This document shows, piece by piece, positions 8,641-19,522 of a stretch of 47,565 nt of DNA (positions within the stretch are counted from its first letter, which is position 1; each line of letters starts with the position of its first letter). This stretch comes from Rudaea sp. (GTDB lineage Bacteria > Pseudomonadota > Gammaproteobacteria > Xanthomonadales > Rhodanobacteraceae). Made by a program: the position numbers and the translations under genes. Under the pieces are notes generated by a model that worked only from the letters and a program-made list of their open reading frames with translations, made no database searches and was not told where the DNA came from. The DNA lies in the NCBI GenBank assembly GCA_035493385.1, contig DATJIL010000198.1, forward strand, positions 1 through 47,565, in the 5' to 3' direction.

Positions 8641-9588
8641 TCAATTCTTCGCCGGCTTGCCTGCATTGTCCGCCGGAGCGGAAAAGATCTGGTCGCCCTG
8701 CGGCTTGACGAAGCGCAGGGTCATGCGGTCGGATTCGCCGATCGCGAGATATTTGTCCTTGTCCTTGTCGCCGAGCGTCAAGGTCGGCGGCAGCGTCCAC
8801 ACGCCTTTGGGATGGTCGTGATCGTCCTTCGGATTCGCGTTGACCTCGCTCTTGCCGTCGAGCTTGAAACCGGCGTCGCTGGCAAGCTTGATCACGTAAT
8901 CCTCGGGCAGGTAACCGCTGTTCTTGATCTTCGCCAGGTCCGCTCCCGGCGTGGCGCGATGGTCGACAACGCCAAGCACGCCACCGGGTTTGAGCACGTC
9001 GAAGAAGGCCTTGAACATGCCGGGCGCATAGTCGCCCATGACCCAGTTGTGCACATTGCGGAAGGTGACGATCATGTCCGCTGAACCCGGCGCGCCGAGG
9101 TTCGGCGCCTTCGGGTCGTATTGCACGACCTTGGCCTTGCCGTACTGCGCCGGGTCGGCAGCGAACATTTTCTCCAGCGCCGTCTTGTCCTGCGCGGCCT
9201 CGCCGGCGGGCTTTTTCGGAATGGTGATGGCAGCGGTGTAGCTGCCATCGTCCTTCATCAGCGGCGCGAGGACTTGCGCATACCAGCCGCCACCGGGCGT
9301 GATTTCGATCAGGTTCATGCCGGGCTTGAGGCCGAAGAATTCCAGCGTCTGCTTCGGATGCCGGTACTGGTCGCGCGCAGTGTTCGCGGCCTCGCGCCAG
9401 TTGCCGGCGAGTACGGCGTCGATCTTCGCGTCGAACATCTGCTGCGCGCTTTGTGGCGGCGGCGGATTAGCCGGTTGGTCGGCCACCTTCGGCGGCGGCA
9501 CGGCGGGCGCCGGAGCCGGCGCCTGCGATTGGCCGCAGGCGGACAGGGCCAGCGCGATGACTGCCAGTACAAATGTGTGCTTATTCAT
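8641..9588 (-). CDS. Lipoprotein with class I SAM-dependent methyltransferase-like domain
   Basis: Lipobox LSAC, Pro-rich linker, RDQYRHP, EITPGGGWY, TFRNVHNW, GVVDHRA, IGESDRMTLRF. Confidence 0.85.
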   Translation of the reverse strand: MNKHTFVLAVIALALSACGQSQAPAPAPAVPPPKVADQPANPPPPQSAQQMFDAKIDAVLAGNWREAANTARDQYRHPKQTLEFFGLKPGMNLIEITPGGGWYAQVLAPLMKDDGSYTAAITIPKKPAGEAAQDKTALEKMFAADPAQYGKAKVVQYDPKAPNLGAPGSADMIVTFRNVHNWVMGDYAPGMFKAFFDVLKPGGVLGVVDHRATPGADLAKIKNSGYLPEDYVIKLASDAGFKLDGKSEVNANPKDDHDHPKGVWTLPPTLTLGDKDKDKYLAIGESDRMTLRFVKPQGDQIFSAPADNAGKPAKN

Positions 9589-9619
9589 AACAACCTCCTT
9601 GGGGTCGGTTGGGCATTCG

Positions 9620-9761
9620 GGAATCGATGAATGACCGTCGCGAGCGATGACAGGTCGCGTGCCGCCAGCGCGCAGGAACCGGAGTTTACTCGGATGTAAA
9701 TGAGGATTCCGAGCACTGCCGGAACGCGAGATGTCGAGCGCAGCAGGTCATTCGCGGTTCC
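9620..9761. repeat. ~142-bp palindromic element (RPE/MITE-like)
   Basis: Imperfect terminal inverted repeats GGAATCGATGAATGACC / GGTCATTCGCGGTTCC; nested arms; core GGAACCGGAGTTTAC-N6-GTAAATGAGGATTCCGAGCAC. Only one copy in the window. Confidence 0.7.
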
Positions 9762-9762
9762 A

Positions 9763-11022
<1,260 letters not shown>

Positions 11023-11111
11023 GGGTTACTCCCGGGAAGGATGTTTGCGTGAGACGGCTATTGTAGCTACGGCGCACGCGATGTGGTTCATCGCATCGCG
11101 TGCGCCGCGCC

Positions 11112-14100
11112 TCAGCCGTGTTTGGATTCGTCCAGCGTTTCCTTCAAGGTCTCGTCTTCGGACTCGAGCTTGTCGCCGAGCAGGCGGCGGATGACGACGT
11201 AGAACACGGGGATGAGCAACACGCCGAACACGGTTGCGACCAGCATGCCGCCGACCACGCCGGTGCCGATCGCGTGGCGTGCGTTCGCGCCGGCGCCCGA
11301 GGACACGACCAGCGGCATGACGCCGAGGATGAACGCGAAGCTGGTCATCAGGATCGGGCGCAGGCGCAGGCGCGCGGCGTCGACCACGGCCACGCCGAGC
11401 GGACGTCCGCGGCGCTGTTCCTGCACCGCGAATTCGACGATCAGGATGGCGTTCTTCACCGCCAGGCCGATGATCGTGATCAATCCCACCTTGAGGAAGA
11501 CGTCGTTGGAAAGTCCGCGCGCCCAGGTCGCGAGCAGCGCGCCGGTCAGGCCGAGCGGCACCACCAGCATCACCGCGACCGGAATCGACCAGCTCTCGTA
11601 CAGCGCGGCCAGGCACAGGAACACGATGAGGATCGACAGGCCGAACAACACCGGCGCCTGCTGGCCGGAGAGGATTTCCTGCAGCGATTGGCCGGTCCAT
11701 TCGAACCCGAAACCATGCGGCAGGTCGTGGTCGATGATGTCTTTCATCATCGCCATTGCCTGGCCGGTACTCTTGCCCGGCGCCTGGCTGCCGACGATGT
11801 CGATCGCCTCGTAGCCGTTGTAGCGGGCCAGGCTCGGCGCGGCCAGTCCCCACTTCGCCCGCACGACATTGGACAGCGGAATCATCGGCGCCGCGCCACC
11901 GGACGCCGGCGCCTTGCCGGCGACGTAGAAGTGATTCAACGCATCCAGGCTGGCGCGGAACGGCGCGTCGGCCTGCATGATCACGCGCAGCACGCGGCCG
12001 CCGTACATGAAATCGTCGACGTAGACTGGCGCCAGCATCAACTGGATGGCGGTATAGACGTCCGTCAGTGAAAGACCCATCGACTGCGCCTGCACGCGGT
12101 CGACGGTCATCTTCAACTGCGGCGCGTCTTCGAGCGCATTCGGACGCACGCCGACCAGGGTGTCGGCGTGCTTGGCCGCCTCGCCGAGCAGGATGTTGCG
12201 CGCGTTCGTCAACGCCTCATGGCCCTGGCCGGTGCGGTCTTGCAGGAACAGGTCGAATCCGCCGAAGCGACCGAGGCCGCGGATCGTCGGCAGGTTGACG
12301 ACGAACACCATCGCGTCCTTGACCTTGCCGAACAGCTGGCCCTGCAAGCGCGGGATCAGCTCGGTGATGTTGGCCTTGCGCTCGCCCCACGGCTTGAAGC
12401 CGATGAACGCCATGCCGACGTTCTCGCCCTGGCCGACGAAGCTGAAGCCGGACAGCGCGAATACCCGCCCGACTTCCGGATTGGAGCGGATGATGTCGCT
12501 GACCTGGTCCATCACCGCGTTGGTGCGTCCGATCGTCGCGCCGGGCGGCAGGGACACGATGGTGAGCGCATAGCCCTGGTCTTCGTCCGGCACGAAGCTC
12601 GACGGCAGTTTCCAGAACAGCAGGCCGCAGATCACGACGACGACGGCGAACGCGAGCATCCAGCGCGGCGCGTGGCGCACGGCGCCGCGCACGTGCCCGG
12701 TGTAGGTGTGCCGGGTCCAGTCGAAGGTCTTGTTGAACCAGACGAACAGCGGATTGTGGGTATGTTCGTGGGTGGGCTTGATCAGCGTGGCGCACAGCGC
12801 CGGGGTAAAGCACAGGGCGAGGAAGGCGGAAAACGCGGTGGACAGCGCGATCGTCAGCGCGAACTGGCGGTAGATCGCGCCGACCGAGCCGGTTTGCAGC
12901 GCGCTCGGCATGAACACCGCCATCAGGACCAGTGCGATGGCGACGACGGCGCCGGAAATCTGCGCCATCGCCTTGCGCGTGGCCTCGCGCGGGGGGAGTC
13001 CTTCCTCGCGCATGATGCGCTCGACGTTCTCGATCACCACGATCGCGTCGTCGACGACGATGCCGATCGCGAGCACCATGCCGAACAGCGAGAGCTGGTT
13101 GATCGTGAAGCCGAGCCCCCACAATGAGAGGAAACCGCCGAGCAGCGCGACCGGAATCACGATCGAGGCGATGAGCGTGGCGCGCAGGTTCTGCAGGAAG
13201 ATCAGCATCACCAGGAACACCAGCACGAACGCGATCGCGAGCGTGATTACCACTTCTTCGACCGCGACGCGCACGAACGTGGTCGAGTCGTAGGGCACGA
13301 ACCATTCCACGCCCGGCGGGAAACTCGATTGCAGTTCGGCAAGCTTGTCCTTGACCTCCTGCGCGACGGTCAGCGCGTTGGCGCCGCTGACCAGCTGCAC
13401 GCCGGCGCCGGCCACCGGCGTACCGTTGTACACCGCGCGCTGGCCGTAGCTGGCCGGGCCGAGGTCGATGCGGGCGACGTCCTTCAGGCGTACCGTGCTG
13501 CCGTCCGTGTTCGCGCGCAGGATGATGTTGCCGAACTGCGCCGGCGTGGAGAATCGTCCTTCCGCGGAAACCGTGGCGGTAACGCCGGTGCCGGGCAGGG
13601 TCGGTTCGGCGCCGATCGCGCCAGCCGCGACCTGCACGTTTTGCGCGCGCACGGCATTGAGCGCATCCGCCGCGGACAGGCTGTAGCCGTGCAGCTTGTC
13701 CGGATCGAGCCAGATACGCATCGCGTATTCGGCGCCGACCTGGAACGTGGTGCTCACGCCGGGCAGGCGCGCGATCTGGTCGAGGATGCCGGACGAAAGC
13801 AGATTGTTGAGCTGGTAGGAATCGAGGCTGCCGTCCTTCGACTTGAGCGCGAAGAACATCAGGAAGTCGGGATTGGACTTCGTCACCGTCACGCCTTGCT
13901 GCACCACTTCGGATGGCAGGCGTGGCGTGGCCAGCGTCACCTTGTTCTGGGTCTGTACCGCCGCGGTGTCAGCGTTGGTGCCGGGCTCGAACGTGAGCGT
14001 GACGCTGGCGCCGCCGTTCGCGCTGGACGTGGAACTGAAATACATCAGGTGATCGATGCCGGTGAGCTGCTGCTCGATCACCTGGGTCACGCTTTTTTCC

Positions 14101-14270
14101 ACCGTGGCCGCATCCGCACCCGGATAGCTGGCATTGACCACCACTTGCGGCGGTGCGATCGACGGATAGGATTCCACGCCGAGGCTCGACAGCGCGATGG
14201 CGCCGCCGAGCGCGATCAGGATGGCGATGACCCACGCGAAGATGGGGCGATCGATGAAGAAATTCGACAT
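11112..14270 (-). CDS. HAE1 RND efflux permease (AcrB/MexB-like)
   Basis: FFIDRPIFAWV start; proton relay GIVVDDAIVV, KNAILIVEF, RLRPILMTS; 1052 aa. Confidence 0.96.
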   Translation of the reverse strand: MSNFFIDRPIFAWVIAILIALGGAIALSSLGVESYPSIAPPQVVVNASYPGADAATVEKSVTQVIEQQLTGIDHLMYFSSTSSANGGASVTLTFEPGTNADTAAVQTQNKVTLATPRLPSEVVQQGVTVTKSNPDFLMFFALKSKDGSLDSYQLNNLLSSGILDQIARLPGVSTTFQVGAEYAMRIWLDPDKLHGYSLSAADALNAVRAQNVQVAAGAIGAEPTLPGTGVTATVSAEGRFSTPAQFGNIILRANTDGSTVRLKDVARIDLGPASYGQRAVYNGTPVAGAGVQLVSGANALTVAQEVKDKLAELQSSFPPGVEWFVPYDSTTFVRVAVEEVVITLAIAFVLVFLVMLIFLQNLRATLIASIVIPVALLGGFLSLWGLGFTINQLSLFGMVLAIGIVVDDAIVVIENVERIMREEGLPPREATRKAMAQISGAVVAIALVLMAVFMPSALQTGSVGAIYRQFALTIALSTAFSAFLALCFTPALCATLIKPTHEHTHNPLFVWFNKTFDWTRHTYTGHVRGAVRHAPRWMLAFAVVVVICGLLFWKLPSSFVPDEDQGYALTIVSLPPGATIGRTNAVMDQVSDIIRSNPEVGRVFALSGFSFVGQGENVGMAFIGFKPWGERKANITELIPRLQGQLFGKVKDAMVFVVNLPTIRGLGRFGGFDLFLQDRTGQGHEALTNARNILLGEAAKHADTLVGVRPNALEDAPQLKMTVDRVQAQSMGLSLTDVYTAIQLMLAPVYVDDFMYGGRVLRVIMQADAPFRASLDALNHFYVAGKAPASGGAAPMIPLSNVVRAKWGLAAPSLARYNGYEAIDIVGSQAPGKSTGQAMAMMKDIIDHDLPHGFGFEWTGQSLQEILSGQQAPVLFGLSILIVFLCLAALYESWSIPVAVMLVVPLGLTGALLATWARGLSNDVFLKVGLITIIGLAVKNAILIVEFAVQEQRRGRPLGVAVVDAARLRLRPILMTSFAFILGVMPLVVSSGAGANARHAIGTGVVGGMLVATVFGVLLIPVFYVVIRRLLGDKLESEDETLKETLDESKHG

Positions 14271-14285
14271 GGTTTTCGGCTGCGC

Positions 14286-15446
14286 TCAGTGGGCGGGCTT
14301 GGCGGCTGGCGGTGCGGCTTCTGGCTTCCACGGCGTCGCCTTGGCCGGCGCGCCCGGACGCACGTGCTGCACGCCGGAGACGATCACCTGGTCGCCGTCG
14401 GCAAGACCCGATGTCACGATGAAATCGCCGCCTTGCTGCGCGTCGGCGACGACGGGCTTCTGCGCGACCTTGCCGTCGCTGCCGACAGTCAGGACATACG
14501 GTCCGGACGGATCGCGCTGCAGCGCCGCTTGCGGGATCAGGTACGCGTGCGTGATCTGGCCCAGGGTCAGGCGCAGGTTGACGTACATGCCCGGCAGCAG
14601 GCGATGGTCGGGGTTCGGCACGATGCCGCGCAGTTCCACCGCGCCGGTCGCCGAATTCACGATGCTGTCGGAAAAATCCAGCGTGCCGGAGTGCGCGTAG
14701 GTGGAGCCATCGGGCAGCACGATGTCGACCTTGGCCTTGTTCTCCGCCTCCAGCGCGACATGGCCGCCGGCCTGGGCGCGGCGCAGCGCGTCGAGTTCGT
14801 CGACGGCCTGGCTGAAATACACGTAGATCGGGTCGATCTGCTGGACGCTGGTCAGCAACGTGGCGTCGCCCTGCCCGACCAGCGCGCCCTCGGTCACCTG
14901 CTGCTGGCCGGCGCGGCCGGCGATCGGCGACGTCACGCTGGCGTAGCCCAGGTTGATGCGCGCGGTTTCGGCATTCGCCTGCGCCTGCTGCACCGCGGCT
15001 GCCGCGGTGCGTTCGGCGGCGAGCGCGTTGTCGAGATCGGTCTTGGACATCAAGCCCTTGTCGGCGATCGAGCGAGCGCGCTCGGCAGCGACGTGGTTGT
15101 TCGTGTAGGTCGCCTTGGCCGCGGCGAGGTTGGCGAGCTGCGCGTCGAGCGCGGCCTTGAGCGGTGCCGGATCGATCTGGAACAGCAGCTGGCCTTCCTT
15201 GACGTCGGTGCCTTCCGTGTACACGCGTTTTTGCAGCACGCCGGCGACGCGTGCGCGCACGTCGGCATTGCGCGTCGGATAGAGCCGGCCGACCAGGTCG
15301 CGCGTCAGCGGCACGGCCTGCGCCTTGGCCACGACCACGCCGACTTCCGGGGGCGGCATCTGCATCTGCTGTTGCTGGGACTTGCCGCAGCCGGCGGCGG
15401 CGAGCGCGAAAATCAGGACGGGGGCGGGAGAAATCCGAAATCGCAT
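14286..15446 (-). CDS. RND periplasmic adaptor (AcrA/MexA-like lipoprotein)
   Basis: Lipobox AAGC; VRARVAG...EGTDVKEGQLLFQIDP; SPIAGRAG; LLPGMYV. Confidence 0.95.
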   Translation of the reverse strand: MRFRISPAPVLIFALAAAGCGKSQQQQMQMPPPEVGVVVAKAQAVPLTRDLVGRLYPTRNADVRARVAGVLQKRVYTEGTDVKEGQLLFQIDPAPLKAALDAQLANLAAAKATYTNNHVAAERARSIADKGLMSKTDLDNALAAERTAAAAVQQAQANAETARINLGYASVTSPIAGRAGQQQVTEGALVGQGDATLLTSVQQIDPIYVYFSQAVDELDALRRAQAGGHVALEAENKAKVDIVLPDGSTYAHSGTLDFSDSIVNSATGAVELRGIVPNPDHRLLPGMYVNLRLTLGQITHAYLIPQAALQRDPSGPYVLTVGSDGKVAQKPVVADAQQGGDFIVTSGLADGDQVIVSGVQHVRPGAPAKATPWKPEAAPPAAKPAH

Positions 15447-15556
15447 AAACGAATCCTTCGTCGGGTTGCGCGTCAATTAGCGAACCGGTCGGTCAAGATA
15501 ATGAGGGATGCCGCGATGTGCAATGGGCCGGAGGTCATTGCCAGTCTGCATGCACG

Positions 15557-16930
15557 CTATGGCCCTTTCGGCAAGTCCATGTCGGCGCGACGCAGCAGGC
15601 GGCCGGCGAGCACGACCGCGTCGATGCGGCGCAGGTTGCGCGCGTCCTTGAGCGGATTCGCGTCGAGCAGCACGAGGTCGGCGCGCTTGCCCTGCTCGAC
15701 CGTGCCGCGATCCGCATGCAATCCAAGCAGTTTCGCCGCGCCGACCGTGGCTGCGCGCAGCGCTTGCGCCGGGTCCAGGCCGCAGTCGACGAGTCGTTCG
15801 AGTTCGTCGTGCAGGGAATAGCCGGGGTAGATCCATGGCATCGGCGTATCGGTGCCGGCAAGGATGTTCGCGCCGGCAGCGTGCAGCGTGCGCACGATGC
15901 GACAGCTCACATCCCAGCGCATATCGGCCAGCTTGCGGTCCGATGCCGACGCCGGTTGCAAATACCGGCGCCAACGCACCTGCTCGTCAGCACGCAGCAG
16001 GCGCCAGCGCGGATCGGCCGTGTAATCGCCAGTGAAACGCGCGGGATCGAACCAGTCTATGGTCAAGGTCGGCGTCTGCGCCTGTCCGGCCAGCACGATG
16101 GCCTTTGCCGCTTTCGTGCAGGCTGCCGGATCGAACGCACGCAGTACCCGCATTTCCTGCGCGTCGCGCATCGCCGTCGCGGCGGCACCATCCAGGACCT
16201 GGCGCGCGGCCAGTACGTCGCCTTCGATCGAGGAGCACGCTTCGTAAATCTGCATCAGATGCTCGGCCGTGACCTGGCCGGCTTGCGCCGCAGCGAGCGC
16301 GGCCACGGCAGCGGGAACATGGCCGGCGACGGGAATGTGACGCAAGCGGGCCTCGTCGAGCACGGCGCGCCACGACGCAGGCGACAATTCCGAAAAGACC
16401 TTGATGAAATCCGCGCCGCTGCGTGCGGCCTCGCGCACCTGTTCGCGGACATCGGATGCGTCATTCACGGCCACGCCGGCGGCGAGCACGTGCGGCGCGA
16501 CCAGCGCACCGCCCTCCACCGCTTCGCGCCAGCGCGCGACTTGTCGCATGTCGCTCGGCGTGGCCGCCATCTCGCGCACGCCGGTGACGCCATTCGCGAC
16601 GAACAAGGCAAACATCCAGTCGTTCGGCGGCCGCTGCGTGGCGTTGTTGAACAGGTGGACGTGCATGTCGACCAGGCCGGGGATCAGGAACCGGCCTCGG
16701 CCATCGACGCGCACGGTTCCGGGCGGAATCGTCACGGTGCCCGGTTTGCCGATTGCCGCGATGCGGCCGTGCTCGATCAACACCGTGCGCGGCGACACGA
16801 GGTTCCCATGCACGACCTCGACGACGGCGACACGCTCGATCGCCAGCGGCGGCGCCTCCGCGATCGCGCGGCCAGCAACGCTCGCGGCGAGCAGCGGCGC
16901 GATGATCCATCCGAATCGTCTCAGCAACAT
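15557..16930 (-). CDS. Exported amidohydrolase-family metalloenzyme
   Basis: Signal peptide; PGLVDMHVH, DFIKV, AGH, TAEH, AGTD, GKRADLVLLDANP. Confidence 0.88.
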   Translation of the reverse strand: MLLRRFGWIIAPLLAASVAGRAIAEAPPLAIERVAVVEVVHGNLVSPRTVLIEHGRIAAIGKPGTVTIPPGTVRVDGRGRFLIPGLVDMHVHLFNNATQRPPNDWMFALFVANGVTGVREMAATPSDMRQVARWREAVEGGALVAPHVLAAGVAVNDASDVREQVREAARSGADFIKVFSELSPASWRAVLDEARLRHIPVAGHVPAAVAALAAAQAGQVTAEHLMQIYEACSSIEGDVLAARQVLDGAAATAMRDAQEMRVLRAFDPAACTKAAKAIVLAGQAQTPTLTIDWFDPARFTGDYTADPRWRLLRADEQVRWRRYLQPASASDRKLADMRWDVSCRIVRTLHAAGANILAGTDTPMPWIYPGYSLHDELERLVDCGLDPAQALRAATVGAAKLLGLHADRGTVEQGKRADLVLLDANPLKDARNLRRIDAVVLAGRLLRRADMDLPKGP

Positions 16931-17056
16931 GTGTCGGGAACTGCCAGCTCGCGATGGTCGGTACGGCATGCGCATCCAGCCGGACACCACTGCCGCGCCG
17001 TTCCGTTTACTCCGCCAGGGACGACTTGGCAAATCGGCGTCGGATTCGGATGGCCT

Positions 17057-18148
17057 TCAGTGTCGGTGCGCGGCCGCCAGGTATTGAGTACTCTGCATCT
17101 CGATAAGGCGACTTATCGTGCGTGCGAACTCTGCGCGCAGGCGTTCGCCATCGTACAGCTCGGTCACCGGCGTGGCCGCGGACAGTACCAGCTTCACGCC
17201 GCGGTCGTAGAACTCGTCGACGAGATTCACGAAACGCCGCGCCGCGTCTTCGGTCTGCGGCGTGAATTGCGGCACGTTGGAGACCAGCACCGTGTTGAAG
17301 CGCTGCGCGAGGTCGATGTAATCGGCGACCGCGCGGGGACCTTCACACAACGCGGCGAAGTCGAACCAGACCGCGCCATCGCCGCGGCGGCGGATGGGAA
17401 TGTCGCGGTCGTTGATGCGGATCACGGTGTCGACACGATGCGAACCGGGCGCGATGCGCACGAAACAGGCGGCGAGTTCGTGCTCGGCGTGTTCCCCGGC
17501 CGGCATGAAATAGACGCCGGCGCGGGTCAGCGCGCGCAAGCGGTAATCCTGCTGCGAAACCAGTTCGCGCACATCGCAGTACTGCTCGAGCAAGGCGATG
17601 GCGGGCAGGAACCGCGCGCGCTGCAGACCGTCGCGATACAGGCCTGCCGGCTCGATGTTCGAGGTCGTCACCAGGGTCACGCCAAGCGCGAACAGGTGTT
17701 CAAGCAGGCCGGCAAGGATCATCGCGTCGCCAATGTCGTTGACGAAAAACTCGTCGAGGCACAGCAGTTTCGCTTCTGCGGCGAAGGCGGCGGCTACCTC
17801 GCGCAGCGGATCGGCGCGACCTTGCAGTGTTTTCAACTGCGCCTGTACGCGGCCCATGCAACGATGGAAATGCAGGCGCAGCACGAGATGCGGTGGCAGC
17901 GATTCCACCAGCAGATCGGCGAGAAACGTCTTGCCGCGTCCGACCGCGCCCCATAGATACAGGCCGCGCACAGCCGCGCGCTCACGCCGCGGCAACCAGC
18001 GCCGCCAGCCACCGGACTGCGCGGCGAGCAATCCGGAGCGGATGCGATCCAGGCTCGGCAACAGCGCACGCTGCGCGGGATCGTCGTCCCAGCTTTTGTC
18101 CATCACACCGCGCGCGTACAGTGCGCTCGGGGACCGCGCCATGCTCAT
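17057..18148 (-). CDS. zapE: Cell division ATPase ZapE (AFG1 family)
   Basis: GLYLWGAVGRGKT, CLDEFFVNDIGDAMIL, TTSN, RRFVNLVDEFYD, SRLIEMQS. Confidence 0.93.
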   Translation of the reverse strand: MSMARSPSALYARGVMDKSWDDDPAQRALLPSLDRIRSGLLAAQSGGWRRWLPRRERAAVRGLYLWGAVGRGKTFLADLLVESLPPHLVLRLHFHRCMGRVQAQLKTLQGRADPLREVAAAFAAEAKLLCLDEFFVNDIGDAMILAGLLEHLFALGVTLVTTSNIEPAGLYRDGLQRARFLPAIALLEQYCDVRELVSQQDYRLRALTRAGVYFMPAGEHAEHELAACFVRIAPGSHRVDTVIRINDRDIPIRRRGDGAVWFDFAALCEGPRAVADYIDLAQRFNTVLVSNVPQFTPQTEDAARRFVNLVDEFYDRGVKLVLSAATPVTELYDGERLRAEFARTISRLIEMQSTQYLAAAHRH

Positions 18149-18831
18149 GCGTTGCGCAGTGGCGGCAGGTTGCCGCGCACGCCATTCTTGACTGCGCCGC
18201 GCAAGTCCATCAGGCGACGATGGAAGAAGTGTCCGGTCTCGGGCATGCGCACCAACGTCGGCGGATCCGGTTGTGCCGCCACCCAAGCGTACACGGCCGC
18301 CGGATCGACGACCTCGTCGGCCTCGCCCTGGATCACCAGCCACGGGCACAGCGGCGACGCGAGATGCACGAAGTCCCAGCGCGACACCGGCGGCGCCACG
18401 GAAATCATCTGGCGCACCGGCAATTGCGGCGCGGCACGCGCGGCAACATACGAGCCGAAGGAAAATCCCGCCAGCCACAACACGTCGTCCGGCCGCGTGC
18501 GTTGCACCCAATCCGCCACGGCGATGAGGTCGTCGGTCTCACCGCGACCATCGTCGTAGCTTCCCTGCGACGCGCCGACGCCGCGGAAATTGAACACCAC
18601 CGTGGCCAGGCCCGATTCGCGCAGACTGCGCTCGAGCATGGTCACCACCTTGTTGTGCAGGGTGCCACCATGCTGGGGATGCGGATGACAGATGATGGCC
18701 ACGCCCGCGCGCGCTTCGGCGGCGTCCGGCACATCGACGGCGGCTTCGAGCGCGCCGGCGGGGCCGGTCAGTGTCAATGCTGACGCGGTGGCGGGGAAAC
18801 GACTCGGATCGGTAATGGCAGCGGCGGACAT
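18145..18831 (-). CDS. Alpha/beta-fold hydrolase
   Basis: CHPHPQHGGT, FNFRGVGAS, nucleophile GFSFG, GEADEVV, GHFFH. Confidence 0.92.
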   Translation of the reverse strand: MSAAAITDPSRFPATASALTLTGPAGALEAAVDVPDAAEARAGVAIICHPHPQHGGTLHNKVVTMLERSLRESGLATVVFNFRGVGASQGSYDDGRGETDDLIAVADWVQRTRPDDVLWLAGFSFGSYVAARAAPQLPVRQMISVAPPVSRWDFVHLASPLCPWLVIQGEADEVVDPAAVYAWVAAQPDPPTLVRMPETGHFFHRRLMDLRGAVKNGVRGNLPPLRNA

Positions 18832-18885
18832 GCGACTCGCATTGTAGCCGCGCGCGACACCGGCACCGGTATCGCGCAATCAGGT

Positions 18886-19425
18886 TTACTTAACTTGGGT
18901 CAGCATCCACTCGACCGTGGCCTTGACCTGCGCATCGGTCAGCGACGGGTTGCCGCCCTTGGCCGGCATCAGGGCGCCTTTGCCGTCCGGGCCGGAATAG
19001 CCGTCGATGGCATGCTTGACCAGGGTATCCAGACCCTGCGCCACGCGCGGTCCCCAGGCGGCCTTCTCGTGGATATTCGGCGCGCCGGTCGCGGAATTGG
19101 TGTGGCAGGTCGTGCACAGGTTGTCGAAGATGGTCTTGCCGTCCAGCGTGCCGCCGTAAGCGACCTGCGATTCGGCGGCTTTCTTCGCCGCATCCTGCGC
19201 GGCGAGCAGCGCGGCGCGACCGGTGTCGCCCGCATACACGGCGCCTGCCGGTGCGATGCGTGCGGCGATTTCCTGCTGCGCTTCGGGGCGCGCCGGGGCC
19301 GGATGATCGCCGTAGATGTGCATGGCCAACGCGATCAGGCCGATCATGACCAGCATCAGGAAGCCGATCACCATCGAGAAATGGCGGAGGAAGACGCGGT
19401 CGGTGGAGGAAACAGGATTGGTCAC
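18886..19425 (-). CDS. Membrane-anchored cytochrome c5
   Basis: N-terminal TM segment; CTTCH heme motif; GAP...W..R..QG; MPAKGG axial Met; GTG start. Confidence 0.9.
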   Translation of the reverse strand: MTNPVSSTDRVFLRHFSMVIGFLMLVMIGLIALAMHIYGDHPAPARPEAQQEIAARIAPAGAVYAGDTGRAALLAAQDAAKKAAESQVAYGGTLDGKTIFDNLCTTCHTNSATGAPNIHEKAAWGPRVAQGLDTLVKHAIDGYSGPDGKGALMPAKGGNPSLTDAQVKATVEWMLTQVK

Positions 19426-19490
19426 GGAATCACCTGAGACTTGAGGCCGCGTGCGGCCAAAACAGTCGCGAAGTATAGCGGGCCGGCGCC

Positions 19491-19522
19491 AAAACCGGCA
19501 AATCCCGGTCAGGATTTGCCGG
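19491..19522 (-). terminator. Intrinsic terminator overlapping the DUF885 stop codon
   Basis: 11-bp stem CCGGCAAATCC/GGATTTGCCGG with the stop codon in the loop, followed by TTTT on the minus strand. Confidence 0.65.

Noticed and set aside
13329..17956. Long plus-strand ORFs of 830 and 812 aa (also 19554-21404, 21407-23503, 24288-26552)
   Set aside because: Stop-poor antisense frames of real high-GC genes, with no recognisable motifs.
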